Of a stretch of DNA of 64,000 bases, positions 53,288 through 64,000 are shown piece by piece. Below the pieces are notes generated by a model. It was not told the DNA's origin. It did not search any database and was given only the letters and a program-made list of their open reading frames with translations. The translations under genes and the position numbers were made by a program. This stretch comes from Candidatus Deferrimicrobiaceae bacterium (lineage in GTDB: Bacteria > Desulfobacterota > Deferrimicrobia > Deferrimicrobiales > Deferrimicrobiaceae). Positions within the stretch are counted from its first letter, which is position 1. Each line of letters starts with the position of its first letter. The stretch is from contig CAWBVY010000006.1 in NCBI GenBank assembly GCA_963792415.1, positions 64,001 through 128,000 on the forward strand, read 5' to 3'.

Positions 53288-54226
53288 CTACCAGTTTCCG
53301 GAGGATTTCACCTTGTCTCGGAAGTACGCCAGCGTGAGGGCGAGTCCTTCTTCCAACGAGACGTCAGGATACCACCCCAATTCGTTGAAGGCCATCCCGT
53401 TTTCGATGACCGACCGGCGCTGCTCTCCCGGCATCGCCGGCCCGTGGATCTCTTCCTGGCGGCTCCCGGAGAGGTCCCGCAGCGTCCGGAAGAGGGTGTT
53501 CACGTCGGTCTCGATCCCGGTCCCGATGTTGACGGAGAGCCCGTCCCCCCGGTCGAGCGCCGAGAGATTGGCGCGCACGACATCCCCCACGTAGACGTAA
53601 TCGCGGGTCTGGAGCCCGTCGCCGTTGATGAGGGCGGGCTGTCCCTTCAACAGCCGCTCGCAGAAGATGGCGACCACGCCGGCCTCCCCGTGGGGATCCT
53701 GTCGCGGCCCGTACACGTTCGAGTACCGCAGCGCGGTGTACTCCAGCCCATACTGAACACGGTAGTACTGGAGGTAGAGCTCCACGGACACCTTCGCCAC
53801 CCCGTACGGGGAGACGGGCTTCAGCGGATGCTTTTCGTCCGCGGGGAAGTACTCCTGTTCCCCGTACCCGGCGCCTCCGGAGGAGGAGAAGGTCACCTTC
53901 CGGACCCCGTGCTCCCGCGCCGCCTCGAGAAGAACGAGCGTGCTGACGATGTTCTCCTTCGCATCGAAGACCGGATCGGCCACGGACTTGCGCACGTTGA
54001 TCTGCGCCGCGTGGTGGCAGAGGACCTCCGGCCGGAAGGTACGGACCGCCTCGACGGCGGTTTCCGACCCCGCGTCCCCGAATACGAACCGCGCGCCTTC
54101 CGGGACGTTCTCCTTCTTCCCGGAGGAAAGGTTGTCCAGCACCAGTACCTCGTGACCCGCTTCGACGTACGCCTGCGCGACGTGGGAGCCGATGAACCCC
54201 GCCCCCCCGGTGACCATGACCCGCAT
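53288..54226 (-). CDS. NAD-dependent epimerase/dehydratase (UDP-glucose 4-epimerase-like)
   Basis: [30 protein letters not shown]. Confidence 0.92.
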   Translation of the reverse strand: MRVMVTGGAGFIGSHVAQAYVEAGHEVLVLDNLSSGKKENVPEGARFVFGDAGSETAVEAVRTFRPEVLCHHAAQINVRKSVADPVFDAKENIVSTLVLLEAAREHGVRKVTFSSSGGAGYGEQEYFPADEKHPLKPVSPYGVAKVSVELYLQYYRVQYGLEYTALRYSNVYGPRQDPHGEAGVVAIFCERLLKGQPALINGDGLQTRDYVYVGDVVRANLSALDRGDGLSVNIGTGIETDVNTLFRTLRDLSGSRQEEIHGPAMPGEQRRSVIENGMAFNELGWYPDVSLEEGLALTLAYFRDKVKSSGNW

Positions 54227-54267
54227 CGATTCTCCCTTCGTCCTCGGAATTGTCCGTTGTCGGCGCT

Positions 54268-56418
54268 TCAGATCCCCCCGGAACCGATCCCCTTGAGCCC
54301 GAACGTAAATTTGATGCTCGTGTCGTCCGGTTGCGTCTTCCGCTCGACGCTGAACCCGACGTTCCAGCAGTCGCTTTGCGGATACACCGACACCCCTACC
54401 CCCCCCTCGGAAAGGTTGCCGTTCAACAAGGAGTAGCTCGCCAGCGCCTGAAGGCGGAGCCAGCGGAGCATGCGCCACGCGAAGGTCCCCCGCACGTCTT
54501 CCGCCAGGTCCCGGGATAGCCGGTACTCGACGAGGAACCGGTGATCGTCGTCCTTCTTATATTCCCCGCTGACCGCACCGACCGTGAAGCTGCTCTCCAC
54601 CGGATCGAAGAGCGTCTCGCCCTGGAACCGCCACTGCTCGTTGGCGTTCCACCCGGCCCTTGCGTAGAGGTCCGAGGAGGCGGTGTTCTTTTCCGGGGGA
54701 CGACCCGCCCCCGTGTCGATCTGGTCCCGCAACGCCCGGACGTACGGAGCAAGCGGATCAACATAGGGGCTCCCCGATCGCTCGTTTCCTCCGAGATCAT
54801 AGGCCCACTCGATGTGGAACGACAGGACCTCCTTCGGGGCCGCGCCCTCCTTCACCCCGAGAAGACGCTGTGAAAGCGTCAAGAGAAACTGGCTCTGGGG
54901 CGCCAGACGCGACCATTGATCGGTGACGGGAAGTTCGTCCTGGTCGATCTTCGGAACGTAAAGGAACCCCACCGAAGCCCCGGCCGAATGGACGAGAGCC
55001 TTCCCTGGGATATCCTTGCGGGCATCCGCCGATAGCGTCGCCCCGCCTCCGGGCACGAAGCGCCCGCGATCGGACGGGGCGTCCCCCGGAGACGGTTCGA
55101 AACGGGTCCCGAGGACGTCCGCGAAGAGGTACGGCACCAGGGTGAAGGAACGGTAGAGCGGAATCGCCCGTGAAACCTCCCCGTACCCCCTCGCGCGAAG
55201 CTCGTCGTTGCCATCCCCGCGTTGGAACCGGGTCGCGGAGACCTCCCCGGCAAGATCGATCCCCGCGACAGGGATCCCCACGGGCAGGAGGCTCATCGTG
55301 TATTCCGGCACCCGCTGCGCGGTATTGTCCGGCCCGGGAGTCTCCTGGAGGTCCTTGTTCCACACAACCGAGAGCGCGTGTTCCGAATTCGTTCCCGTGA
55401 CGGAAACGAACCCTTCCGATCGGGCATAGCGCGCCCACAGGAGCGCATTATTGTCGACCAGGTCGAGGTAGTAGTTCGGGTCGGTTGGCACTTCCAGGGC
55501 CGCGTTCGCGGTAAAGGGACCCGAAAGGAAAACGTTTTCCCCGAAAAACCGGCCCCGGTTCCCCTCATATTCGCGGTCCCGGAAATAGGTCGCGCGGAAC
55601 GCCCCCACGGATTCCGGATTCAGGGCGAAGCGGTACTCGACTTCCGGACGGTATCCGCGATGGCTCATCGCGTCGAGACTCACGGTGGCATCGCTCCAGC
55701 GGTTGATCACCTGGTAGTACGGCACGTGCAGCGTGTATCCCCTGGACTTGTTCACGGAGAAGCTCGGGAGCAGAAACCCGCTCTGCCGGGTCATCTTGAC
55801 GGGAAACGCCCCCCACGGCAGCCACAGGACGGGAACACCGCGGATGCGGAACGTGATATCCTTCCCGACCGCGTACTTGTCGATCGTGACCTTCGCCCGG
55901 CGCACCTCGAATTTCCAGTCCGGCTCGGGATCGCACGGGCATGTGGTCAGCATCCCCTTTTCGATCAGGAACGAACTCTTTCCCGTCTTCTCGATCTTCT
56001 GGCTCGCGATCTGATAATTGCTGCTGCTGATCCGGATGGTACCGTTGTAGAGGACTCCCTTCTCCGAGTCGAGGTTGATCGTGATCCGGTCGAACGCGAA
56101 CTCCTCGTCCGCGTCCTTGTAGCGCACCTTCCCGGTCAGGTCCGCCTCCCCCGTGGTCGAATCGTACCGGATCCGGTCGGCACGCATCGTCCTGGTCCCG
56201 AATCCCATTTCGACGTTCCCTTCCGCAACGGCGACCCCGGTCTCCTCGTCGTAGGAGAGGGTGTCGGCGGTCATGCGAACCGGGGCGTCGAGTCGGATCC
56301 CCGGTTTCGCGAGATCCTTCAGGGCAGGGGGGAGGGGAAAACGCGCCTCCGCGGAGACGTCCGCTGCGCCTGCTGCGATCAGAAGGAGACCGACGGCGAG
56401 CCGACGGAGACGATTCAA
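54268..56418 (-). CDS. lptD: LPS-assembly outer-membrane protein
   Basis: Signal peptide, OstA-like N-terminal domain, TTCPC..PDW, RQSGFLLP, beta-barrel C-terminus; TTG start overlaps the folC stop. Confidence 0.85.
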   Translation of the reverse strand: MNRLRRLAVGLLLIAAGAADVSAEARFPLPPALKDLAKPGIRLDAPVRMTADTLSYDEETGVAVAEGNVEMGFGTRTMRADRIRYDSTTGEADLTGKVRYKDADEEFAFDRITINLDSEKGVLYNGTIRISSSNYQIASQKIEKTGKSSFLIEKGMLTTCPCDPEPDWKFEVRRAKVTIDKYAVGKDITFRIRGVPVLWLPWGAFPVKMTRQSGFLLPSFSVNKSRGYTLHVPYYQVINRWSDATVSLDAMSHRGYRPEVEYRFALNPESVGAFRATYFRDREYEGNRGRFFGENVFLSGPFTANAALEVPTDPNYYLDLVDNNALLWARYARSEGFVSVTGTNSEHALSVVWNKDLQETPGPDNTAQRVPEYTMSLLPVGIPVAGIDLAGEVSATRFQRGDGNDELRARGYGEVSRAIPLYRSFTLVPYLFADVLGTRFEPSPGDAPSDRGRFVPGGGATLSADARKDIPGKALVHSAGASVGFLYVPKIDQDELPVTDQWSRLAPQSQFLLTLSQRLLGVKEGAAPKEVLSFHIEWAYDLGGNERSGSPYVDPLAPYVRALRDQIDTGAGRPPEKNTASSDLYARAGWNANEQWRFQGETLFDPVESSFTVGAVSGEYKKDDDHRFLVEYRLSRDLAEDVRGTFAWRMLRWLRLQALASYSLLNGNLSEGGVGVSVYPQSDCWNVGFSVERKTQPDDTSIKFTFGLKGIGSGGI

Positions 56419-57698
56419 GGGACGAAACCGACCCGGTACCGGTAGGCGTCCCCCGCGGCGGCGAGGGAGCCGCACACGACCACGACGCCTCCCTTCCCGG
56501 CCCACCGGCGGGCGATCCGCCAACCTTCCGGGAAGTCCCCCGCGAGGCGGCAGGCGATCCCCAGTTTCGCGCACGCTTCCGCGAGAGCTTCCCTTCCCGC
56601 GGCGCGGGGGTGCGAGAGCGGGTACGTAACGATCCCGTCGAAGTGTTGTCCGAGAGTCCGCAGGTACCCCGAGGGGTCCTTGTCGGAAAGCATGCTCCAC
56701 AGCGCGACCAGCCGTCTCCTCCCGCCCCAGGGGAGAACCCCCGAGATCTCCCGCACCAGCGCGGACGCCGCCTCCGCGTTGTGCCCGCCGTCCACCCACG
56801 CCCCGGCGTTTTTCCGGAGAGGGAGCGGACACCATCGGCCGGCCCAACTCGAGGCCGGAAGCGCCTTCGTCGCCGCCGCGACGAAGGCGGCGGGCCCGAT
56901 CCCCTTCATGGACGCGAGGAGCCACGAGGCGGCCAGCGCAACGGCAGCGTTGTCGCGCTGGAACCTGCCGATCCTCCGCACCCTCAGCCGATCGAGATCA
57001 AGTCCGGGGAGCGAAACCGCGAACGACCCATCACGACGCTCCCTCCAGTCGAAGGTTCGGCCAAGTTCCCAGGCGCGGCAACCGAGCCGCCGGGCGCGCC
57101 GCAGGACAACGGCGCGGGCCGCGGGGCGCAACCGCCCGGTAACGAGCGGGACGCCTCTGCGAAGGATCCCCGCCTTTTCCGAGGCGATCGATCCGATCGT
57201 ATTTCCGAGCCACTCCCGGTGGTCGTATCCGACGGTCGTGATGACCGACACCGCCGGGCGGCACGCGCTGGTCGCGTCCCATCGTCCGCCGAGCCCCGTC
57301 TCCATGACCGCGATCCGGACGTCCCTGCGCCGGAACCAGTCGGAGGCGGCCCAGGTCATCTTCTCGAACCAGGTCAGGGGATCCCCGGCTGGAGAGAGAC
57401 GCTCCGCAGCGCGAAATCCGTCACGAAGCGCGCGGGGGGAGATCATGATCCCGTCGATGCGAACCCGCTCTTCCGGCGCGACAAGGTGCGGGGAGGTATA
57501 CAGGCCGATGGGGCCCAGCGGCAGACATCGCAGGACGTCGCAGGCGAAGGAGGCGGTAGACCCCTTGCCGTTGGTCCCCGCGACGTGGAGGGTACGGAAC
57601 GCCTTCTCCGGATGCCCGGACCGGGAAAACGCCGACACGATCCGGGACAGCCCGGGGCGGACGTTTTCCGGGCCGGAAAGTCCGGTTCCCCCGATCAT
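56415..57698 (-). CDS. folC: Folylpolyglutamate/dihydrofolate synthase
   Basis: [38 protein letters not shown]. Confidence 0.93.
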   Translation of the reverse strand: MIGGTGLSGPENVRPGLSRIVSAFSRSGHPEKAFRTLHVAGTNGKGSTASFACDVLRCLPLGPIGLYTSPHLVAPEERVRIDGIMISPRALRDGFRAAERLSPAGDPLTWFEKMTWAASDWFRRRDVRIAVMETGLGGRWDATSACRPAVSVITTVGYDHREWLGNTIGSIASEKAGILRRGVPLVTGRLRPAARAVVLRRARRLGCRAWELGRTFDWRERRDGSFAVSLPGLDLDRLRVRRIGRFQRDNAAVALAASWLLASMKGIGPAAFVAAATKALPASSWAGRWCPLPLRKNAGAWVDGGHNAEAASALVREISGVLPWGGRRRLVALWSMLSDKDPSGYLRTLGQHFDGIVTYPLSHPRAAGREALAEACAKLGIACRLAGDFPEGWRIARRWAGKGGVVVVCGSLAAAGDAYRYRVGFVP

Positions 57699-58549
57699 CG
57701 ATCCCCGGAACCCGACAGGTACCGCAGGACCATCGAAAGCGTCGCCTTGAGCCGGCTGCGTTCGACGATCATGTCGACCATCCCGTGTTCGAGGAGAAAC
57801 TCGGCGCGCTGGAACCCCTCCGGAAGTTTCTGCTGGATCGTCTGTTCGATCACCCGGGGCCCCGCGAACCCGACCAGCGCCCCCGGCTCGGAGATGATTA
57901 CGTCCCCCAGCATCGCGAAGCTCGCAGCCACCCCGCCGGTGGTGGGGTCGGTCAGCACGCTGATGAAGGGCAGGCCGGCGTCGGAGAGACGCGCGAGCGC
58001 GGCGCTCGTCTTGGCCATCTGCATCAGGGAGAGGGTCCCCTCCTGCATGCGCGCCCCCCCGGAAGCGCTGAAGATGATGAGGGGCAGGCGGGATTCGAGG
58101 GCGACTTCCGCGGTGACGGCGATCTTCTCCCCGACGACGCTTCCCATCGAACCGCCCTGGAACTCGAAATCGAGGACAGCGAGGGCCACCTCGACCCCCT
58201 GGATCTTCCCTGTCCCCGTGATGACCGCTTCCTTGCGCCCCGTCTTCTTCTTCGCCTCCTTCAGGCGATCCGCGTACTTCTTCGTGTCCGTGAAGTTCAG
58301 GATGTCCACGGATTCCATCTCCTCGCCGAACTCCGCGAAGGTCCCCTCGTCGATCACGGCACGGATCCGCTCCCGGGCGGGGATCCGGAAGTGGTACACG
58401 CATTTCGGGCAGACGTTCAGGTTCCGCTCCACCTCGGGCTTGTAGATGATCTCGAGGCAGGCGTCGCATTTGATCCACATCCCCTCGGGGATCTTGATCT
58501 TTTTGTCGCCTTCGTCCTTTTTCCGGAAGAGTCGAATCGCCATGGCCAT
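57695..58549 (-). CDS. accD: Acetyl-CoA carboxylase carboxyltransferase beta subunit
   Basis: C4 zinc finger, [30 protein letters not shown]. Confidence 0.96.
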   Translation of the reverse strand: MAMAIRLFRKKDEGDKKIKIPEGMWIKCDACLEIIYKPEVERNLNVCPKCVYHFRIPARERIRAVIDEGTFAEFGEEMESVDILNFTDTKKYADRLKEAKKKTGRKEAVITGTGKIQGVEVALAVLDFEFQGGSMGSVVGEKIAVTAEVALESRLPLIIFSASGGARMQEGTLSLMQMAKTSAALARLSDAGLPFISVLTDPTTGGVAASFAMLGDVIISEPGALVGFAGPRVIEQTIQQKLPEGFQRAEFLLEHGMVDMIVERSRLKATLSMVLRYLSGSGDR

Positions 58550-58550
58550 G

Positions 58551-59345
58551 TCACCTCAGTGCCTTTTTAAGGGATCGGACAAACCGGGAAAGTTCCGCGG
58601 GGCCGCGGGTACCGCGGCCGTTCCTTTCGACGATCTTGACGCAGGCGCTCCCGACGACCGCCGCGTCGGCGTGCCGGGTGGCGGCCGCCGCCATCGCCGG
58701 GGAGGAGATGCCGAAGCCGACGGCAACCGGCAGCCGCGTCGCCTTCGCGATCTTTCGGGTCCACGCGGCCACCTCGGGGGGGAGGGTTTTCCGCATCCCG
58801 GTCACGCCGGTCACGGAGATCAGGTACAGGAACCCGGACCCCGCGCGGTCGACCGCCCGGACCCGGTTCATCCCGGTCGTAGGGGCCGCCAGGGGGATCC
58901 AGTCGAGCCCCGCTTCCCGGATGCATGGCAGCGCCTCTCCCCGCTCCTCGAACGGCAGGTCGACCACCAGGAACCCGTCGACCCCGGCCCCACGCGCATC
59001 CTTGCACAGGGAGGGCCAGCCGTACCGGTAAAACGGGTTGTAATATCCGAAGAGCACGATCGGCGTGGCGTGCGTGCGGCGGAACCTCCGCACAAGCTCG
59101 AGGGCCCCCGCTACATTCATTCCCGACGACAACGCCCGCCGCGAAGCGGCCTCGATCGTCGGGCCATCCGCCGTGGGATCCGAAAAGGGGACTCCCACCT
59201 CGAGGATATCCGCCCCGGCGTCCGCTGCCGCCCGGAGGTACCGGAGCGATGCCGCCGGCGTCGGGTCTCCCGCGGTCAGGTAGACCACGAGCCCCCTCTC
59301 TCCGGACGCGCGGAGGCGGCGGAACGCGGCGTCAATCGCCGTCAC
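58551..59345 (-). CDS. trpA: Tryptophan synthase alpha chain
   Basis: [24 protein letters not shown]. Confidence 0.96.
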   Translation of the reverse strand: MTAIDAAFRRLRASGERGLVVYLTAGDPTPAASLRYLRAAADAGADILEVGVPFSDPTADGPTIEAASRRALSSGMNVAGALELVRRFRRTHATPIVLFGYYNPFYRYGWPSLCKDARGAGVDGFLVVDLPFEERGEALPCIREAGLDWIPLAAPTTGMNRVRAVDRAGSGFLYLISVTGVTGMRKTLPPEVAAWTRKIAKATRLPVAVGFGISSPAMAAAATRHADAAVVGSACVKIVERNGRGTRGPAELSRFVRSLKKALR

Positions 59346-60549
59346 GGCCGCCCTCCCCCAATTCCATCAGGATTCCCATGTCCTTGTCGCCCCGACCCGA
59401 GAGATTCAACAGGACGGTATCGGAGGGGCGCATCTTCCTCGCAAGGCGGTACGCGAATGCGACGGCGTGGGACGATTCGAGCGCCGGCTGGATCCCCTCG
59501 TACCGGGAGAGCAGGGAGAAGCCCGAGAGCGCCTGCGCGTCCGTCACGGAGACGTATTCCGCCCTGGCCGTCTCTTTCAACCACGCGTGCTCCGGACCCA
59601 CGCCGGGATAGTCCAGCCCCGCGGAAATCGAGTGGGCTTCGAGAATCTGTCCGTCCGCGTCTTGTAACAGGAACGACTTGCTCCCGTGGAGCACGCCGAC
59701 ATTCCCGCGGGAAAGCGTGGCCCCGTGTTTCCCGGAAGAGAGACCAAGACCCCCCGCCTCAACCCCGTAGAGCCGCACCCGGGGGTACCTCAGGAAGGAG
59801 GTGAAGATCCCCATCGCGTTGCTTCCCCCACCCACGCACGCCACTACGGCGGTCGGCAGTTTCCCCTCCGCCTTCCGGAACTGGGGGAGCGCTTCCCGCC
59901 CGATCACCGACTGGAAATCCCGTACCATCTCCGGGTACGGGTGCGGACCCGCCGTGGAACCGATCAGGTAGTAGGTGGTCCGGACGTTCGTCACCCAGTC
60001 GCGAAGCGCCTCGTTCATCGCGTCCTTCAGCGTCCGGCTCCCCGAGGTCACCGGGTTGACCCGGGCTCCGAGGAGGCGCATCCGGAAAACGTTGTGGGAC
60101 TGCCGCCGGATGTCCTCCTCGCCCATGTAGATCTCGCACGGGATCCCCATCCTGGCGCAGACGGTGGCCGTCGCGACGCCATGCTGGCCGGCGCCCGTCT
60201 CGGCGATGATCCGCCGCTTTCCCATCCTGCGCGCCAGCAGGCCCTGCCCGAGCGTATTGTTGATCTTGTGCGACCCGGTGTGGGCGAGGTCTTCCCGCTT
60301 GATGTGGATCCGGGCGCCTCCCGCCTTTTCCGTCAGCCGCTCCGCGAAATACAGCGGGGTCGGCCGGCCGGCGTAACTCTCCAGGAGACGGTCGAGCTCC
60401 CGATGGAAGGACCGGTCCCGCCACGCCTCCCGGTACGCCTTTTCCAGTTCGATCAGGGCGGACATCAGCGTCTCGGCGACGTACCTTCCCCCGAAGGGGC
60501 CGAAGTGGCCCGCCGGATCCGGTGTCCTGGTCCCCCTACGCCTCGGCAA
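59332..60549 (-). CDS. trpB: Tryptophan synthase beta chain (TrpB1)
   Basis: [38 protein letters not shown]. Confidence 0.97.
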   Translation of the reverse strand: MPRRRGTRTPDPAGHFGPFGGRYVAETLMSALIELEKAYREAWRDRSFHRELDRLLESYAGRPTPLYFAERLTEKAGGARIHIKREDLAHTGSHKINNTLGQGLLARRMGKRRIIAETGAGQHGVATATVCARMGIPCEIYMGEEDIRRQSHNVFRMRLLGARVNPVTSGSRTLKDAMNEALRDWVTNVRTTYYLIGSTAGPHPYPEMVRDFQSVIGREALPQFRKAEGKLPTAVVACVGGGSNAMGIFTSFLRYPRVRLYGVEAGGLGLSSGKHGATLSRGNVGVLHGSKSFLLQDADGQILEAHSISAGLDYPGVGPEHAWLKETARAEYVSVTDAQALSGFSLLSRYEGIQPALESSHAVAFAYRLARKMRPSDTVLLNLSGRGDKDMGILMELGEGGRDGD

Positions 60550-61198
60550 TGCGGAACCCCGCGTTCGCGCGTTCGATGAACGATTTTACCTTGTCCCGGT
60601 CTTTCCGTCCCGGCGACGACTCCACGCCGGAGGCGACGTCGACTCCGAACGGGCGCGCGGCGATGATAGCGCGCTCGACGTTTTCCGGTGTGAGCCCGCC
60701 CGCAAGGAGCCACGGTTTCCGCGCGCCTCCGGGACCCCGCGCATCCGCCACCCCCGGGAACCGCCCCGCGAGTTCCCCCCAAGCCAGTTCCCGGCCGGTC
60801 CCGCCGTAGGCGCCCTTGCCGCCGGCGTCGAACAGGAACGCCTCGCACGGATACGCGAGAAGCGCCGGCAGATCCGGGGTGCGATCCGCGTGGACCGCCT
60901 TCATCCTCCACAACGGGATGCGCGAGGCGTCCCCTGGAGGCTCGTCGCCGTGAAGCTGGACGCGACGGATCCCGAGCTTCCCGCACAGCGCGATGATGGT
61001 CCCCGGGGACGCGTTCACGAACACCCCGACGACCTCCGCCCGACCCGCCACGGCCTCCACGATCTCCCGGGCGGGGGCCGCAGGGACGAAGCGCGGCGAA
61101 CCGGTGAAGAAGTTGATCCCGATCGCCTCCGCCCCGCACGCGACGGCGTGCGCTGCGTCCTCCGGACGGGTCACCCCGCAGATCTTTATGCGGAACAT
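60536..61198 (-). CDS. trpF: Phosphoribosylanthranilate isomerase
   Basis: KICGVT, QLHGDE, GGTG, LAGGL, DVASGVE. Confidence 0.95.
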   Translation of the reverse strand: MFRIKICGVTRPEDAAHAVACGAEAIGINFFTGSPRFVPAAPAREIVEAVAGRAEVVGVFVNASPGTIIALCGKLGIRRVQLHGDEPPGDASRIPLWRMKAVHADRTPDLPALLAYPCEAFLFDAGGKGAYGGTGRELAWGELAGRFPGVADARGPGGARKPWLLAGGLTPENVERAIIAARPFGVDVASGVESSPGRKDRDKVKSFIERANAGFRIAEA

Positions 61199-61208
61199 CC
61201 TGTCGGCA

Positions 61209-62567
61209 CTAACCCTCGACCTTGGGAAGCCGGTGAAGCGCCTCGGCGACCTTCTCTTTCGGATACTCCAGATCCTTCAAGCGCCCGTTGAGGTAGTCGT
61301 CGTAGGCGGTCAGGTCGAAGAAACCGTGCCCGCTCAGGTTGAAGAGGATGGTCTTCCGCTTCCCTTCTTCGTCCGCGCGCTTCGCCTCGACGATCGCCGA
61401 GTGGATCGCGTGGGACGACTCGGGGGCGGGAAGGATCCCTTCGGCCCGGGCGAAGGTCATCGCGCTCTGGAAAACGGCGATCTGGCCGTACGCCTGGGCC
61501 TCGATCAACCCCTCGTGATGGAGCTGGCTGACGAGCGCCGAGTCCCCGTGGTACCGGAGCCCCCCCGCGTGGATCCCGTCAGGAACGAAGTCGTGGCCGA
61601 GGGTGTACATCTTCATCAGCGGGGTGAGTTTCGCGGTATCCCCGAAATCGTAGGCGTAGATCCCCTTGGTGAGCGTCGGGCAGGAGGCCGGCTCGACCGC
61701 TACGATTCGCGGATCCTTCTTCCCGGCGATCTTGTCGCGCAGGAAGGGGAAGCCGATCCCCGCGAGGTTGCTCCCGCCCCCGCAGCACGCGATGACGACG
61801 TCGGGATAATCCCCGGCCAGCTTCATCTGCTCCTTCGCCTCCTGGCCGATGACCGTCTGGTGGAGGCAGACGTGGTTGAGGACCGACCCGAGGGAGTAGC
61901 TGGTGTCCTCGCGCGTCGCCGCGTCCTCGACCGCCTCGCTGATCGCGATCCCGAGGGATCCGGGGGAGTCCGGGAACTCCGCAAGGATGGCGCGTCCGGA
62001 GTTGGTGTCGTTGCTCGGGGACGACACGACCTTCGCCCCCCAGGTTTCCATGAGCATCCGGCGATACGGCTTCTGGTTGTAGCTGACCTTCACCATGTAC
62101 ACCTTCACTTCGAGACCGAAGAACGACCCTGCGAGGGCCATGGCGGAACCCCACTGCCCGGCGCCCGTCTCGGTAGCGATCCTTTTTCGTCCCGCCATCT
62201 TGTTGTAATACGCCTGGGGGATAGAGGTGTTCGGCTTGTGACTTCCCGCGGGACTGACACCCTCGTATTTGTAATAGATCTTCGACTTCGTCCCCACCGC
62301 CTCCTCGAGGCGAAAGGCGCGGAACATCGGTGTCGGCCTCCAGAGGGTGTAGATGTCCCGGACCGCCTCGGGGATCGGGATCTCCCGCTGCGACGACACC
62401 TCCTGCTCGATCAGGGGCATGGGGAACAGCGGGGCGAGATCGGCGGGGCCCACCGGCTTGCCGGTGCCGGGGTGCAGCACCGCAGCCGGAGGGTTCGGCA
62501 TATCCGCCATGACGTTGTACCAGGTCTTCGGTATCTCCGAATCCTTGAGGAGAAACTTTACTTTCAT
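61209..62567 (-). CDS. trpB2: TrpB2-type tryptophan synthase beta-like PLP enzyme
   Basis: [38 protein letters not shown]. Confidence 0.93.
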   Translation of the reverse strand: MKVKFLLKDSEIPKTWYNVMADMPNPPAAVLHPGTGKPVGPADLAPLFPMPLIEQEVSSQREIPIPEAVRDIYTLWRPTPMFRAFRLEEAVGTKSKIYYKYEGVSPAGSHKPNTSIPQAYYNKMAGRKRIATETGAGQWGSAMALAGSFFGLEVKVYMVKVSYNQKPYRRMLMETWGAKVVSSPSNDTNSGRAILAEFPDSPGSLGIAISEAVEDAATREDTSYSLGSVLNHVCLHQTVIGQEAKEQMKLAGDYPDVVIACCGGGSNLAGIGFPFLRDKIAGKKDPRIVAVEPASCPTLTKGIYAYDFGDTAKLTPLMKMYTLGHDFVPDGIHAGGLRYHGDSALVSQLHHEGLIEAQAYGQIAVFQSAMTFARAEGILPAPESSHAIHSAIVEAKRADEEGKRKTILFNLSGHGFFDLTAYDDYLNGRLKDLEYPKEKVAEALHRLPKVEG

Positions 62568-62610
62568 CGCGTTGGCTCCTTTGCTATTTTTTCGATCCCC
62601 GGATCCCCGC

Positions 62611-63384
62611 TCATTTTCCCACATACCCGCGGATCGTGTCAGCGGGGTCTTTGCTCCCGGCAAGGGACTCCCCGATCAGGAAGAGACGGGCGCCGGCCCT
62701 GTGGAAGCCCCGGACCTGGTCCGCCGAAGAGATGCCGCTCTCCACGACCGGGTACACCCCGGCAGGAAGAAGGGGGAGCAGGCGGGCCCCCCTGGACAGG
62801 TCCACGGTCAGCGTGTCCAGATCCCGGTTATTGATGCCGACCAGTCGCGCCCCCGATCGGACGGCGATCGCGATCTCCGCCGCGTCGCGCGCTTCGACCA
62901 GCGGTTCGAGCCGGTGCGAGAAGGCCCGCGCCGCCATCTCCACCGTCTTTTCGCCGAGGACGGAGACCATGAGCAGGACCAGATCCGCGCCGTGCGCCCG
63001 GGACTCCGCCAGCATGTAGTCGTCCAGCACGAAATCCTTCCGCAGAAGCGTCGCCTCCGGGAACGCGGCCCGGACGTCCGATAGGTCCGTGAGCGACCCG
63101 CCGAAGTTCCGGCCCTCCGTCAGGACCGAGACGGCCCACGCGCCCCCCGCAAGATAGGCGGCGGCGGTCGCGACGGCGTCGAGATCGCGGCGGATCCATC
63201 CTCTCGATGGGGAGGCGCGCTTGATCTCGGCGATGATTCCGGGGCCTTCCGGGATCGTCCGCAGGAGATCCTTCGCAGGCCCGCGCATCGAAGCGGTCCG
63301 AAGAAGGTCCCCGATCGGAACGTCCGCCTGCCGCACGGAGAGGTCCTCGCGAACGCCCGACAGGATGCGATCGAGGTGGGTCAG
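62611..63384 (-). CDS. trpC: Indole-3-glycerol-phosphate synthase (probable CTG start)
   Basis: [33 protein letters not shown]; the N-terminal helix THLDRIL lies upstream of the first GTG (63336). Confidence 0.92.
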   Translation of the reverse strand: MTHLDRILSGVREDLSVRQADVPIGDLLRTASMRGPAKDLLRTIPEGPGIIAEIKRASPSRGWIRRDLDAVATAAAYLAGGAWAVSVLTEGRNFGGSLTDLSDVRAAFPEATLLRKDFVLDDYMLAESRAHGADLVLLMVSVLGEKTVEMAARAFSHRLEPLVEARDAAEIAIAVRSGARLVGINNRDLDTLTVDLSRGARLLPLLPAGVYPVVESGISSADQVRGFHRAGARLFLIGESLAGSKDPADTIRGYVGK

Positions 63385-64000
63385 CGCGCTTCCCTCTTCC
63401 CGAGGATGGCGAGGAATCCCCGAAGCCGCTCCATCGCCGCGCCCGAGTCGATGGCGCGGGTCGCCGACCGCACCCCCTCCCGCAGGTCCTCCGCGGCCCC
63501 GCCGGCGACCGACGCGAAGGCGGCGTTCACGAGCACGGCCTGCCGGGCCGGGCCCGGATCCCCCGAGAGAACCCCCAGGAGGATCTTGGCATTCGCGGAG
63601 GCATCCCCCCCGCGAAGGGCGCCCAGGGGGACATACTCGAACCCGAGCTGCCGCGGATCGAAGAGGAAACGCTTCACCTTCCCCGCCCGCACCTCCCAGA
63701 CGATCGTAGGCGCGGCGAGCGAGACCTCGTCCAGCCCGTCGGTTCCGTGAACCACGAACGCGTGCAGGTGGCCGGATTCCGCGAGAACCCGTGCGTACGT
63801 GTCCCCGAGTTCCTCGCTGAACACGCCGACGACCTGCCGCCGCACGCCGGCGGGATTGCTGATCGGGCCGAGGATGTTGAAGATCGTCCGGATGGCGATC
63901 TCCCGTCGCGGGCCGATGGCGTACTTCATCGCGGAGTGGAATCTGGGGGCGAACATGAAGGTGATCCCTGCCTCGTCAAGGGCGCGCTGTACCAGGGCGG
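63381..64000 (-). CDS. trpD: Anthranilate phosphoribosyltransferase (5'-partial)
   Basis: FAPRFHSAM, RTIFNILGP.SNPA, GLDE. Confidence 0.95.
   Translation of the reverse strand, partial: ALVQRALDEAGITFMFAPRFHSAMKYAIGPRREIAIRTIFNILGPISNPAGVRRQVVGVFSEELGDTYARVLAESGHLHAFVVHGTDGLDEVSLAAPTIVWEVRAGKVKRFLFDPRQLGFEYVPLGALRGGDASANAKILLGVLSGDPGPARQAVLVNAAFASVAGGAAEDLREGVRSATRAIDSGAAMERLRGFLAILGKREAR

Overview
A GC-rich bacterial chromosome segment, mostly core genes. Gene content and order resemble anaerobic 'deltaproteobacterial' lineages; this is inference, not a database result. A 28-bp XerCD dif-like site lies at 3541-3568. Genes to its left are on + and nearly all genes to its right are on -, so both sets point toward it, as expected at a replication terminus. 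Directly beside it is a ~1.7-kb AT-rich accessory islet containing a truncated DUF1294 gene, a YiiD-type thioesterase with integron-cassette-like core sites and flanking direct repeats, an unannotated 30-aa peptide gene and a small membrane protein gene. To the right are a GH57 gene, a signalling pair with degenerate catalytic motifs (pseudo-REC-GAF-degenerate GGDEF-DICT-like plus REC-DUF4388-GTPase-like), miaB, and an ~18-kb branched-chain acyl-CoA cluster (vor, MerR/LiuR-like regulator, thl-hbd-crt, three acyl-CoA dehydrogenases, cobO, an isobutyryl-CoA-type B12 mutase, a Cys-less thiolase with a DUF35 partner, meaB, a CoA-transferase). Further right are glpX, alaC-hom-thrC-apgM, recG, pyrRBC-carA-(radical SAM)-carB with a PyrR attenuator and a MITE in its leader, lepA-lepB, lptD, folC, accD and the trp operon with both trpB1 and trpB2. 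Also seen: a 4x57-bp palindromic tandem array belonging to a dispersed REP-like family, two genes apparently lacking a canonical start codon, and two single-base homopolymer frameshifts that are probably assembly errors. No rRNA, tRNA or CRISPR array was found.
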